Positions 29,859 through 39,417 are shown, counted from the first letter of the stretch. The stretch: 64,000 nt of DNA from Dehalococcoidia bacterium (GCA_964291495.2 OZ219871.1:1216001-1280000); one strand, 5' to 3'. A program made the numbers and translations. Notes: generated by a model not told the origin, from the sequence alone.

Positions 29859-30032
29859 ATGAAGATATTCCGCAGGCTCTTCGTCCTCGCCGCCCTCGCA
29901 GGCATCGTGGCCGTCGTCGCCAGAAAGCTCGGGCTCATCGGAGCGCACGAGGACGAGACGTTCGATTTCGTGTTCGAGGATCCTGCGGGCGAAGACTCAG
30001 CGGACGGCGGCGAGGACGACGCTTCCGAGTAG
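29859..30032 (+). CDS. Small protein with N-terminal TM/signal and acidic tail
   Basis: MKIFRRLFVLAALAGIVAVVARK...; GAAAGG RBS. Confidence 0.5.
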   Translation: MKIFRRLFVLAALAGIVAVVARKLGLIGAHEDETFDFVFEDPAGEDSADGGEDDASE

Positions 30033-30182
30033 CGCTATCAGCACGATCGCCATGAGGATTCGCAACAGCACGATCCCCCAGGCACGGTGGGCCGGCGGAT
30101 CCCAGTACGCGTATCCCGCCTCTTCCGTGAGATCGGGGTCGAGATCGCCCTCGCTGGACTCGATCCAGTCGCCATCGCTCAC
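29997..30182 (-). CDS. Small membrane protein (acidic N-terminus, C-terminal TM)
   Basis: 61 aa, GAGG RBS; overlaps the convergent small ORF by 36 nt. Confidence 0.5.
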   Translation of the reverse strand: MSDGDWIESSEGDLDPDLTEEAGYAYWDPPAHRAWGIVLLRILMAIVLIALLGSVVLAAVR

Positions 30183-30273
30183 GCGCGCACCTCGCCCTTC
30201 CCGGAACGCCGTCCATGCAGGCTAGCGAACGCGGCCGCGAGGCCGCCAGTGCCCGCAGCGAACGGGCGGCCGC

Positions 30274-31203
30274 GTGACCGCGCCCGAGCCGCCGGCCGGG
30301 GATGGCGCCCTTCCGGCGATCGAGGAGGCCGCCCTCGAGTTCGGCCGGCTCGCCGGCGAGCGCATCGCGGAAGCGCTCGAACACGAGATCGTGGTCGAGT
30401 ACAAGGACGAGACGACCACCGCGGGCGGCGCTCCGACCAACCCCGTCTCCGAGACCGACCGCGCGATCGAGGCGCTGCTGCGTGAGCGCATCGCGGAGCG
30501 CTTCCCGGAGCACGGCGTGATCGGCGAGGAGGTGGGCGCCGACGACGAGGCCGGGCGCGAGTTCGTCTGGGTCCTCGATCCGGTCGACGGCACCGCGAAC
30601 TTCGTCAACGGGTTCCCGCTCTTCTCCAGCTCGATCGGCGTGCTGCAGCGCGGGCGGCCCGTCGTGGGCGCGATCTGGTGCTCGACCTCGCACGCGCTGC
30701 GCCCCGGCGTCTACCACGCGCGCGAGGGCGGCCCGCTCTGTTTCGAGGGCGCACCGGCGCCGCTCGGGCGGCCCAGCGTCGGCGTCACGCGTCGCCTCGG
30801 CGCAGCGCCGGGCGGCGCGCCCGGCCGGCTGCGGCGGCTCGATACGCGCGTGACGGGATCGGCGGCGCTGGAGTGTGCCTTCGTCGCCGCCGGCATCTTC
30901 CAGTCGGCGATCTTTGGCGCGCCGAGCATCTGGGACGTCGCCGCCGGCGCCTGCCTCGTTCGCGCATCGGGACGCGTTGCGGTCACGAACGGGTCGGGCG
31001 GCTGGGGCGCCCTCGATCGCTTCGAGGCGCCGTCGTCCGTCCGGGGAGACCGAACGCCGACGATCCGCGACTGGAGGCAGCCACTGATCCTCGGCACGGA
31101 GGATGAGGCGGAGGCGCTGGTGCGTCGCGCCGGCAGCCTGGGGGTGCGCTGGATGCGGGCGCGCTGGCGGCTCAGGCAGCGCCTGCGGCGCTGGCTGCCG
31201 TGA
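30274..31203 (+). CDS. Inositol monophosphatase family
   Basis: GEE, WVLDPVDGTANF, GSAALE, WDVAAG. Confidence 0.92.
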   Translation: MTAPEPPAGDGALPAIEEAALEFGRLAGERIAEALEHEIVVEYKDETTTAGGAPTNPVSETDRAIEALLRERIAERFPEHGVIGEEVGADDEAGREFVWVLDPVDGTANFVNGFPLFSSSIGVLQRGRPVVGAIWCSTSHALRPGVYHAREGGPLCFEGAPAPLGRPSVGVTRRLGAAPGGAPGRLRRLDTRVTGSAALECAFVAAGIFQSAIFGAPSIWDVAAGACLVRASGRVAVTNGSGGWGALDRFEAPSSVRGDRTPTIRDWRQPLILGTEDEAEALVRRAGSLGVRWMRARWRLRQRLRRWLP

Positions 31204-31213
31204 CGGGCAGCGA

Positions 31214-31975
31214 CTAGATCGGCGGCCAGGGGACGCAGCGCCAGGGGTACATCTCGGGCAGCACCGGATTTGCCAAGAGCTCCGTGCTGCGCTCGATCAG
31301 CGCCTCGACCTCGGCGACGCTGAGGCAGGCGCGCAGCGCGTCCGTCGAGGGGTCCGCGGCGCGCAGGCAGTCGCGCACGCGGCGGATGTCGTGCTGCCAG
31401 CCCTCGGGCAGCCGCTCGCCGGCGAAGTCCCAGATCACCGTGCGCAGCTTCTCGTAGCTGTGGAAGCAGAGCGCGTTGTCGATGCACCAGAGCCGCCCCG
31501 AGCCGTCGAGCAAGACGTGCCCGCCCTTGCGGTCGGCGTTGTTCGCGAGCAGGTCGAAGGCGGCGATGCGGACCAGCGCCTCGCGCAGCTCCTCGCGATC
31601 GCGCAGCTCGAAGAAGTGCTCGGCCGGGTTGTGCTCGATGAAGAGCTGGAACGAGCCCGCGCCCTCGGGCCCCTCGCGCTCGAGGGTCGGCGGTACGATT
31701 TCCCAGCCAAGCAGCCGCGCGTACTCGTAGGTCGCGATCTCGCGGAGATGGAGCGTGCCGTAGGGGAAGTCGCCCAGCGGGCGCTCGCCTCGCTGCGGCT
31801 TGTAGACGGCGAGTCCCTCGCCGTGCGCGGGGTGCGCGAGGTCCACGAGGAAGACGTAGTTGGAGGAGTCGTAGAGCAGCCGCGAGCGCACCACCTCGGC
31901 GTCGCGCAGCGCTTCCTCGACGTAGGGGGCGTCGGGTCGCCAGGCGTTGCGGAGGTCACGGATGCTCTCGGGCAT
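31214..31975 (-). CDS. SCO1664-family PI3/4-kinase-like protein
   Basis: SNYVF, AVYKP..GERPL.DFP.GTL..RE, NNADRKGGH, IDN.LCFH, WPPI. Confidence 0.85.
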   Translation of the reverse strand: MPESIRDLRNAWRPDAPYVEEALRDAEVVRSRLLYDSSNYVFLVDLAHPAHGEGLAVYKPQRGERPLGDFPYGTLHLREIATYEYARLLGWEIVPPTLEREGPEGAGSFQLFIEHNPAEHFFELRDREELREALVRIAAFDLLANNADRKGGHVLLDGSGRLWCIDNALCFHSYEKLRTVIWDFAGERLPEGWQHDIRRVRDCLRAADPSTDALRACLSVAEVEALIERSTELLANPVLPEMYPWRCVPWPPI

Positions 31976-32036
31976 GCGCCCTCGCTTCCGGCGGTTCGGT
32001 TGGCGATTGTAGCGCTCGCCGCCGGGCCCGCAGCGG

Positions 32037-32864
32037 CTAGGGCTGCTCGACGACCTCGCGCGCGCGGATGCCGAGGCCGAGCCGCAGCGCGGTGCAGTGC
32101 ATCATCATCGTCGCCAGTGCGGGCAATGCGGCGTCGACGACGGCGCGCGCCTCGGCGATGGCCTCCCCGCGCACCCCGGCGGCGCGCAGCGCCTCCTCGT
32201 CGGCGCGCAGCGGTTGCGCGAGGAAGCGCGTCGAGGAGCGCGCGTAGAAGTAGAGCGCACGCCCGCGCTGCCGGAACAGCGGGTAGGCCGAGAGGTGCTG
32301 CAGCTCGTCCCACGCCGCCTCGAGGTAGCCGGGCCAGACCGCGATCGCGCGGTACAGCTCCGGAGGGCGCGCCAGCTGCAGCTGCTCGGCCACCTCGGGC
32401 AGCGGCCCGGCGACCGCCGAGGCGAATTCCACCTCGCGCTCCCTGTGTGCGCGCTCGCGCTCGCTGCTCTCGCGCGGGGCGGGGCGGCCCTGCCCGCCGA
32501 CCGAGGGCGCCTCGCGCGCCTCGGCCAGCGCGGCGCAGAGCAGCAGCAACTGCGGCTGCACGAGGTGGAAGACGTCGAGCACGCCGAGCAGGCAGTCGAG
32601 GTCGTCCGCCGTGAGCGCGCCGCCGAGCAGCGTCTCGCGGCTGAGCGCGGGCTGGTAGACCTCCTCGACGGCGTCGAGCGCCATGTCGGCCATGTAGAGC
32701 GCGCTGCCGAGGAAGCCCGCGGTCTCGACGGACGGCTCGAGCTGCGGCCAGACGGCCTCGAGCACGCCCTCGCAGGCCCCGAGGTGGGCAATCACCTCGG
32801 GCACGAAGGGAGAGCGGAGCGCGGCCGCGACGGCCTCGGCTGTGGGTGACGGCGCGGCGGTCAT
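32037..32864 (-). CDS. DehI (group I haloacid dehalogenase)-like protein
   Basis: Two internal repeats (LRSPFVP...LEAVWPQL / LARPPELYRAIAVWPGYLEAAWDEL). Confidence 0.55.
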   Translation of the reverse strand: MTAAPSPTAEAVAAALRSPFVPEVIAHLGACEGVLEAVWPQLEPSVETAGFLGSALYMADMALDAVEEVYQPALSRETLLGGALTADDLDCLLGVLDVFHLVQPQLLLLCAALAEAREAPSVGGQGRPAPRESSERERAHREREVEFASAVAGPLPEVAEQLQLARPPELYRAIAVWPGYLEAAWDELQHLSAYPLFRQRGRALYFYARSSTRFLAQPLRADEEALRAAGVRGEAIAEARAVVDAALPALATMMMHCTALRLGLGIRAREVVEQP

Positions 32865-32912
32865 CGAGCGGAGGATAGCGCGACGCGGGCACGTCGCCCG
32901 CGCAGTCCGGGG

Positions 32913-33512
32913 CTATCCGGCGGGAGCGGCGTGCGGTCCCGCCTCCCAGCCGACGACGGCGAGATGCTCGCGCGCGAACCCCGCCGGAAGCGGGTGCGTC
33001 TCCGTGGCCATGATGTTGTTCCAGTGATTGAGGAAGCCGCGCCAGCTGATCACGGCGACCAGCTCCACGATCTCGCCGTCGTCGAACCACTCGCGCAGGG
33101 CCTCGAAGTGCTGCTCGGTAACGAGGTTCGGCACGACCGAGCCGTCCCGGGCCAGCCGCAGCGCCGCCTTCTCGCGCGCCGTGAACAGCTCGCTCTCCTC
33201 GAAGTCGTAGACCGCGCGCAGCTTCTCGACGGGCATCCCGTTGCTCGCCGCCCGGAAGGTGGCGTGGGACTGGGTGTGCGAGCAGCGCGCCGCGATGTCG
33301 ACGGCCAGCGAGACGATGCTCTTCAGCTCGCGCTCGACGGTGCCGGAGCGGGTGGCGGCGAGCATGACGCTCATGGCCTTCACCAGCTCGGGCCGCCGCG
33401 CCATCGTGAGCTGCCCTCGAGGGATGTAGCCGCCCGTCTCCTCCATCGCCTGTAGCGAGTCCCGGATCTCCGGGTCCACGTCCTCGATCGCCAGGGCTGC
33501 GACGTGCGCCAT
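32913..33512 (-). CDS. Carboxymuconolactone decarboxylase/AhpD-like protein
   Basis: RRPEL, ELK, CSHT..H, FT.REKAAL, EIVELV. Confidence 0.85.
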   Translation of the reverse strand: MAHVAALAIEDVDPEIRDSLQAMEETGGYIPRGQLTMARRPELVKAMSVMLAATRSGTVERELKSIVSLAVDIAARCSHTQSHATFRAASNGMPVEKLRAVYDFEESELFTAREKAALRLARDGSVVPNLVTEQHFEALREWFDDGEIVELVAVISWRGFLNHWNNIMATETHPLPAGFAREHLAVVGWEAGPHAAPAG

Positions 33513-33620
33513 CGGGGGTCTCCTTTGCGCTGCATCCGCGAGATCTCAGCGAGGCTCACGATAGGAGACGGAGGCCGGAACCGGCACTTCCGGGTTGAAG
33601 GGTGCGCAACCCCGAGGTAC

Positions 33621-33656
33621 TGTGGTACCACAAGAACACAACGCAATATCTTGTGG
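33621..33656. promoter_or_regulatory. Putative TA operator
   Basis: Perfect palindrome TGTGGTACCACA (33621-32) and inverted repeat CCACAAGA/TCTTGTGG (33628-56) immediately upstream of the antitoxin. Confidence 0.55.
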
Positions 33657-33663
33657 AGTAGCC

Positions 33664-33939
33664 TTGAAGACGATCAGCGTGTCCGTGGACGATGGGACCC
33701 ACCGGCTGGCGCGAGTCAGGGCTGCCGAGACCGGCACGACCGTATCCGCCATGATGCGGAACATGCTGCTGGAGATGCTCAAGAGACCAGCAACTACCGA
33801 ACCCGTGGAGACCGAGCACGAAAGACGGGCCCGGCTCCTCGGCGACGTCCTCGAGCGGTTCAGCAACAAGGGCATCGGCGTGGACACCAGCCAGCTGCTG
33901 ACCCGCGAGGAACTGTACGACCGCGATGCGGCTCGCTGA
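33664..33939 (+). CDS. RHH-like antitoxin (VapB-like)
   Basis: TTG start; KTISVSVDD...ARVRAAE.GTTVSAM.R; C-terminal LTREELYDR; overlaps the PIN gene. Confidence 0.75.
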   Translation: MKTISVSVDDGTHRLARVRAAETGTTVSAMMRNMLLEMLKRPATTEPVETEHERRARLLGDVLERFSNKGIGVDTSQLLTREELYDRDAAR

Positions 33940-34363
33940 CACCAACATCCTCCTCTACGCCGTGAGCAATCAGGAGGATGTCGCCGCGAAGAAAGTCACG
34001 GCCGCGGCCACCCTGATGGAGCCGGACCTGGCGCTCTCCGTTCAGGTGCTTCAGGAGTTCTACCATCAGGCCACCAGGCCCCGCGGGCCGGCGGGGCTGA
34101 CCCACGAGCAGGCCATCGAGTTCCTGAGACCCCTCGGCACGCTCCCGACTCAGGACATCACAGTGGAGCTGTTCACCAGCGCGACCGGGATCAGGGCGAG
34201 GTTCGGCGTGTCCTACTGGGACGCCGCCATCCTCGCGGCGGCGAAACTGCTGGGATGCGAGGCCGTGTACTCGGAGGACCTGAGCCACGGGCAGAACTAC
34301 GGCGGGGTCATGGTGATCAACCCGTTCCTGGAGGAACGAAGAGCAGAGGAACCAACCACCTGA
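33926..34363 (+). CDS. PIN-domain toxin (VapC-like)
   Basis: DTNILLYA, QVLQEF, SYWDA.I, YSEDL..G, INPF. Confidence 0.92.
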   Translation: MRLADTNILLYAVSNQEDVAAKKVTAAATLMEPDLALSVQVLQEFYHQATRPRGPAGLTHEQAIEFLRPLGTLPTQDITVELFTSATGIRARFGVSYWDAAILAAAKLLGCEAVYSEDLSHGQNYGGVMVINPFLEERRAEEPTT

Positions 34364-34400
34364 CCAGCCGGAACACACCCGCGCTGCCACGCTCGCACTA

Positions 34401-34421
34401 AGAACGCACGTTCGCTATACT
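34401..34421 (+). promoter_or_regulatory. LexA (SOS) box abutting -10 element of ruvB
   Basis: AGAAC-GCAC-GTTCG (34401-14) followed by TATACT (34416-21). Confidence 0.8.
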
Positions 34422-34450
34422 GTGCGAGGCGGGGTACGGCAGGAGGCGGC

Positions 34451-35518
34451 GTGGACGACGAGAAGCGCGGTCCGCTGGCCCGCACGCAGACCCCCGAAGA
34501 CATCTCGATCGAGCCCACCCTGCGCCCCCGGCGCCTCGAGGAGTACTTCGGTCAGGACACCGTCAAGGAGTCGCTGCGGATCGCGATCGCCGCGGCGAAG
34601 GGGCGGGGCGAACCGCTCGACCACCTGCTGATCCACGGCCCGCCCGGCCTCGGCAAGACGACGCTCGCGATGATCCTCGCGTCCGAGATGGGCGTCTCGA
34701 TCCGCGTCACCTCGGGGCCTGCGATCGAGCGCGCGGGCGACCTCGCCTCGGTGCTCACGAGCCTGCAGCCGGGCGACGTGCTGTTTATCGACGAGGTGCA
34801 CCGGCTGCCGCGCGTCGTCGAGGAGATCCTCTACCCGGCGATGGAGGACTGGGCGCTCGACATCATCCTCGGCAGCGGGCCGAAGGCGCGCGACGTGCGG
34901 CTCACGCTCAACCGCTTCACTCTGATCGCCGCGACCACGCGCTACGCGCTGGTCTCGCAGCCGCTGCGCGACCGCTTCGGGGCGAGCTACCGGTTGGACT
35001 TCTACGACGAGGCGGCGCTGAGCGAGATCGTGCGCCGCTCGGCCGGCGTGCTCGGCTGCTCCATCGACGCCGGCGGGGTCGCGGCCATCGCCAGCCGGGC
35101 GCGCGGCACCGCGCGCGTCGCCAACCGGCTGCTGCGCCGCGTGCGCGACTACGCCGAGGTGGAGGCGGACGGCGTGATCACGGAGCCGGTGGCCGCGCTC
35201 GCCCTCGCGCAGCTCGGTATCGACGAGCTGGGCCTCGACGCGATGGACCGCGAGCTGTTGCGCGTGTTGGTCGAGCGCTTCGGCGGCGGACCGGTGGGCC
35301 TCGAGACGCTGGCCGCAGCGGTCTCCGAAGAGGCCGACACGATCATGGACGTCTACGAGCCGTACCTGCTGAAGATCGGCTACCTGCAGCGCACCCCGCG
35401 CGGGCGGGTCGCCTCGCGGCTGGCGTACGACCGCCTCGGCCTGGAGCCGCCCCCGGCGCTGCTGGCCGCCGTCGCGCAGCAGCCCGCGCTGTTCGAGGAG
35501 AACGGCGCGAGCGCCTGA
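34451..35518 (+). CDS. ruvB: Holliday junction helicase RuvB
   Basis: [37 protein letters not shown]...RTPRGR. Confidence 0.97.
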   Translation: MDDEKRGPLARTQTPEDISIEPTLRPRRLEEYFGQDTVKESLRIAIAAAKGRGEPLDHLLIHGPPGLGKTTLAMILASEMGVSIRVTSGPAIERAGDLASVLTSLQPGDVLFIDEVHRLPRVVEEILYPAMEDWALDIILGSGPKARDVRLTLNRFTLIAATTRYALVSQPLRDRFGASYRLDFYDEAALSEIVRRSAGVLGCSIDAGGVAAIASRARGTARVANRLLRRVRDYAEVEADGVITEPVAALALAQLGIDELGLDAMDRELLRVLVERFGGGPVGLETLAAAVSEEADTIMDVYEPYLLKIGYLQRTPRGRVASRLAYDRLGLEPPPALLAAVAQQPALFEENGASA

Positions 35519-35522
35519 GGCC

Positions 35523-35729
35523 TCAGCGCACCCCCAGCACCATCGCGTCCACCGGGTTGCCGGCGTCGAAGACGGCGACGGCGAGGCGGCGGCCGGCCGT
35601 GAGCTGCGCGGCGGGGATGGCGCGCGAGACCGGCACGGACGTGACCACCGAGGAGAGCGATCCGGCGAAGCGCACGCTCGCCGTCCAGGCGGCGCTGTCG
35701 AAGGCGACCAGGGTGGCGCGCTCCAGCAC
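35523..35729 (-). CDS. 68-aa beta-rich protein, putative phage spike/OB-fold-like
   Basis: GTG at 35729 after GGAGG RBS, 2 nt after the preceding stop; TASVRF.GS....VPV...GRRLAV..FD.GNP.DA.VLG resembles the OB-fold of baseplate spike N-termini (inference). Confidence 0.55.
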   Translation of the reverse strand: MLERATLVAFDSAAWTASVRFAGSLSSVVTSVPVSRAIPAAQLTAGRRLAVAVFDAGNPVDAMVLGVR

Positions 35730-35731
35730 CG

Positions 35732-37702
35732 TCAGACCTCCCCGAGCGTCAGCGTCTGCTCGTAGCGCGGGCGCGCTCCGCGGGCGAAGCGCAGGCGCAG
35801 GCCGGCGACGCGGAACCGCGCGGCCTCGAGGCCTGCCGCCGCATCGCTGACCTCGACGATGTCGCCGGGCTCCTGCACGACATTGGGCCGGACGAGCAGC
35901 TCGCCGCGCTCGACGGCGAGGCGCGACTGGCGCAACAGCGTGCCCGCGCGGGCGGCGACGCGGTCCTGCGCGCCGAGGTTCTCGTCGACGGCGATGACCG
36001 CGCCGGCGCCCTCGGCGATCGCCGACTCGTCGGTCGCCTCGGCGAAGACGCCACTGCCGAAGACCCGCGCCCAGCCGGCGGTCGGGCGGCCGGCCTCGAT
36101 CGCGTGCGCGAGGATGGCGTGGTCCGTGCCGTAGGCGTAGTCGGCCGCGGCGCTCGCGGCCTGCTCGGACAGCACGAGCAGGCGACCATCGCTGCGCAGC
36201 CGGTCCGGCAGCGCGCGCAGCAGCCGGTGCATCGCGGTGGCGGCGCGCTCGCCGGCGCGCATGGTGAACGCCGGGCGCAGCGCGCCAGATTCGGAGCTCG
36301 CGCGGCGCGCGGTCAGCCGCAGCCCGGCGCGCCGCGCGATCGCGGCGAGGATCTCGCCGGCGCTCCGCTGCCCCGCCTCCCATACAAGCTGCTCCGTGGC
36401 GACCCACGTCTCGAGCAGGCCGAGGCCGTCGACCGCGTCCACCTCGACGGTCGCGGTCCCCCCGCTGCGACGCCGCCGGACCGCGGCGATCCAGAAGCGC
36501 GGCCCCTCGGACGTCTCGATACCGGCGCTGCCGCGGTAGCCGGGATGCACCCGCAGCTCGCCGCCGGCCGCCAGGGCGACCGGGGCGCGGGCGCCGGCGT
36601 AGCGGCCGTCCTCATTGCGCAGCGTCAGCCGCAGCCGTCCCTGCTCGCGCTGATCGATCACGGCCTCCAGCACGTCGTCCGTCAGCTCGTGCTCGACGTG
36701 CGCGATGGGGGCGCGCCAGACCGCGTCCGGCGAGGCGAGCCAGGCGGCAGCGGGTGAGGCGACGGCGCCAAGGCCGTACGGAGAGACGTGGGCGAATGGG
36801 CGCGGATCGCGCCACTCGCCGTCGCCGTGGAGGCTGCCGGCAACGCCCGCCGTGATCTGCACGCGGTCGTAGGCGCCCGTCCCCCGGTACGACTCGGCAA
36901 ACACCGCCTGCGGTGCGTCGGCGCGGAGCAGGCCGCTTGCGAGGTAGCCGACGTCCGACCCCGCGGCGGCCGAGGCAACGGCGGCGAGCGGCAGCCAGTG
37001 ACCGGGCGGCTGCCCGCCGCCCACCCCGAGCACCGTGGACCAGACGCCCGCGGCCCCGTCCACCGTGGTCCCCGAGACCAGCACGTTGCAGTCGACCTCG
37101 AAGTACGCGGCGAGGCCGCTGACCGTCGCGAGCGAGCGCGACCAGGCGACGGGCGCGGACCACGCGCCGAGCCCCTGGCGGCGCACGGCGAACACCGTCC
37201 CGCCCGAGGCGTAGAGCACGGCCGCGGACCCGTCGGGGCCGATCGCCACCGCCACCGCCGTGACGGACGAGGCCGCCGTCGCCACCGTCCGTGGCGCTCC
37301 GAAGCTGGCGCCCGAGTCTGCGCTCTCGCGCACCTCCACGCGCTTGCCGTCGGCGCGGACGCTCGCGAGGAGAGCGCGGCTGCCGGAGGCGGCGAGTCCG
37401 AGGCGCGGCGCGACGGCGACCGTCCCGACGGCGGTCCAGGCGTCGAAGCCCTCCCCCGCGGCGGGGTCGGTCACACGCTGGCGGCTGAAGGCGCCGGTGA
37501 TGGGATCGATCCGCGCGCGCAGCAGCGCGCCGTCGCCCGCCGCGGCGAGGGCGCACGGGCCGTCGCGCTCGGCGCCCTCGTGGATGCGCTGCCAGCGCAA
37601 CCGGATCGCGCCGACGTCGCGGTCGAAGAGCCGCACGCGCAGGTAGGGCTCGGCGCTGGCCGCCTGCTGGGCCGCGCGCAGCGTAGGGGTGAGCGCGCGC
37701 AT
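35732..37702 (-). CDS. 656-aa phage tail-like protein: propeller-like N-half + baseplate-hub-like C-half
   Basis: Asp-box ESADSGASF; C-half LRLTLRNEDGRY...GY...VEVDAVD...GEIL..IA...PGDIVEV.D...FRV..L pattern of GpD/gp27-like hubs. Confidence 0.55.
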   Translation of the reverse strand: MRALTPTLRAAQQAASAEPYLRVRLFDRDVGAIRLRWQRIHEGAERDGPCALAAAGDGALLRARIDPITGAFSRQRVTDPAAGEGFDAWTAVGTVAVAPRLGLAASGSRALLASVRADGKRVEVRESADSGASFGAPRTVATAASSVTAVAVAIGPDGSAAVLYASGGTVFAVRRQGLGAWSAPVAWSRSLATVSGLAAYFEVDCNVLVSGTTVDGAAGVWSTVLGVGGGQPPGHWLPLAAVASAAAGSDVGYLASGLLRADAPQAVFAESYRGTGAYDRVQITAGVAGSLHGDGEWRDPRPFAHVSPYGLGAVASPAAAWLASPDAVWRAPIAHVEHELTDDVLEAVIDQREQGRLRLTLRNEDGRYAGARAPVALAAGGELRVHPGYRGSAGIETSEGPRFWIAAVRRRRSGGTATVEVDAVDGLGLLETWVATEQLVWEAGQRSAGEILAAIARRAGLRLTARRASSESGALRPAFTMRAGERAATAMHRLLRALPDRLRSDGRLLVLSEQAASAAADYAYGTDHAILAHAIEAGRPTAGWARVFGSGVFAEATDESAIAEGAGAVIAVDENLGAQDRVAARAGTLLRQSRLAVERGELLVRPNVVQEPGDIVEVSDAAAGLEAARFRVAGLRLRFARGARPRYEQTLTLGEV

Positions 37703-37713
37703 GCCGGCCCGCG

Positions 37714-38319
37714 CTACCCGCCGCGCGGCGAGGAGAGCACGCCCGAGCGAGCGCGGCGAGCGCGGCCGTGCCGGGCCAGCGCGCGGGCGAACTCGGCGAG
37801 CCGTTCCTGCGCCCAGACATGGTAGTGCCGCCAGGTGTCCGCGCCGCCGACGTTCACCCGGTTGACCGCGAACGAGGCCCACTCCAGGGCCGCGTAGCCG
37901 CCCGCCCCCGTCGCTGCCAGGTCCTCGAGCGCCGGCGGCAGCGTGCTGCCGGCTTCGTCGAGCGTGTGCAGCTTCGAGTAGTGCACCGTGACCGCCTCGC
38001 CCCCGCCCGGCGGCGCAGCGACCTGCAGCGTCAGCGTGTCGCCCCAGAGCGAGAACGGCGGCCGCGAGGGCGGGTACTGCCCCACCGGGTACTCGACGGC
38101 CTCGATGCTGACGCGGTCGCTCAGGGTCGCGACGCTGAGGTCGCGGCTGCCGGCGACCGTCCGCAGCGCCGCGCTCGCCTCGAGCGGCGCGGCGAGCGAG
38201 AGCTCGCGGACGGCGCGCTCGATGTGACGGTCGAGCGCCTCGTCGGGCCAGCGCTGGTTGGCCGGATCGGTGTCGCGGAGGTCGCGGCGCAGCCGCGCGC
38301 GCATCGACGGCAGGTCCAT
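37714..38319 (-). CDS. Putative head-tail adaptor/neck protein
   Basis: MR.RLRRDLRD...RW.DE.L..HI..AV..LS helical N-terminus typical of phage adaptors; directly downstream of the capsid gene; GAGGA RBS. Confidence 0.6.
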   Translation of the reverse strand: MDLPSMRARLRRDLRDTDPANQRWPDEALDRHIERAVRELSLAAPLEASAALRTVAGSRDLSVATLSDRVSIEAVEYPVGQYPPSRPPFSLWGDTLTLQVAAPPGGGEAVTVHYSKLHTLDEAGSTLPPALEDLAATGAGGYAALEWASFAVNRVNVGGADTWRHYHVWAQERLAEFARALARHGRARRARSGVLSSPRGG

Positions 38320-38413
38320 CTCGTCCTCGATTCGGGCTGGAAGGCGCTGGGTGGGGAGGAGGGCGGCCGTCCGGCGCACCGGCCGGACGAGCCGCCCTCG
38401 TGCCGGCCTCGGC

Positions 38414-39304
38414 CTAGGGGCGGACGCCGCTGAGCTTCGCGAGCTTCAGCTCGTTGAAGAGCGCGACGGAGACGTACCACTTGACGCGCACGCGGGTGGC
38501 GTCCTTCGTCTCCAGCGCGCCGACCCGCTCGATCGTCAGTCCGCCCGGCGCGGTCAGCCCGGCCACGGCGCCCTCGCCGAACTGCAGGGCGTAGATCGTC
38601 GAGGTGTCCTCGGAGGCGCCGGTGGTGTCGTCGTCGGCGATGTGGTCGTTCACGCCGATCGGGATGCCGTCGTAGAAGGCGACCATGCGGCCGAACTCGT
38701 CGCGGTCGTGCTCGACGATCCCGCCGCCGCTGGCCCGCGCGAGCTTGTTGAGCGTACGCCGCGAGCGGCGCGACATCAGCAGCATCTCCGGCTTGCCGCC
38801 GCGCACGGAGTCGATCAGCTCGTCGAGCTTGTCGAGCGTCAGCGTCGCGCCGTTCGTCCCCATCGAGACCGTCTGGGCCGAGGCGCACAGCTCGGCGAGG
38901 CCGTCGAAGGACTTCGCGTCGCCGCTGGTATCGCCGTTGATGAAGGTGTCGTCGAACTTCTGCTGGACGGACTTCGCCTTGAGCGCGACGACCGCCGCCT
39001 CGATGTCCTGCACGTTGTTGCGGGTGCGGGCGATGTAGTTGTCGATGTCCGCGTCGCCGCCGAGGATCGTCAGCGCCGTCGTGATCTGCGTGAAGGTGGG
39101 CGTGTCCTCGGACCAGGTGTCGCCCACGTTGTAGAAGGCGGCCGAGGCCCCGAGCTTCTCGCGGTTGTAGGTCAGCCCGTTGCCGACGATCTCGATGAAC
39201 GGCAGCCGCTGCAGGATCGGGCTGTCGTAGACGACGGTCTCGATCACGCCCTCGAGCAGCACGTCGTTCGAGAGCTTCGCGCCTTCGGTCAGTGTCAGTG
39301 CCAT
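38414..39304 (-). CDS. Phage major capsid protein (HK97-like fold)
   Basis: MALTLTEGAKL, SPILQRLPF..I.GN.L.YNRE, LGGDADID, FINGD....FDGL, LDELID, IYALQFG, RVKWY..AL; AAGGAG RBS. Confidence 0.88.
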   Translation of the reverse strand: MALTLTEGAKLSNDVLLEGVIETVVYDSPILQRLPFIEIVGNGLTYNREKLGASAAFYNVGDTWSEDTPTFTQITTALTILGGDADIDNYIARTRNNVQDIEAAVVALKAKSVQQKFDDTFINGDTSGDAKSFDGLAELCASAQTVSMGTNGATLTLDKLDELIDSVRGGKPEMLLMSRRSRRTLNKLARASGGGIVEHDRDEFGRMVAFYDGIPIGVNDHIADDDTTGASEDTSTIYALQFGEGAVAGLTAPGGLTIERVGALETKDATRVRVKWYVSVALFNELKLAKLSGVRP

Positions 39305-39417
39305 GGTGTCGTGTCTCGCTCCTTCCGGCGCGCGCCGCGCGCCTCGCTCGTGATTGCCGCGGGCACGCTAGGGGCGCGCGCCGCCTGCTCCGAGGGCCAT
39401 GTGGCAGCGCTCGCCGG

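Noticed and set aside
38414-39304. Classical encapsulin loading the chlorite-dismutase-family protein
   Set aside because: The sequence looks like a phage-type capsid accompanied by scaffold and neck genes; the ChdC gene is 20 kb away in its own operon with no evident cargo peptide.
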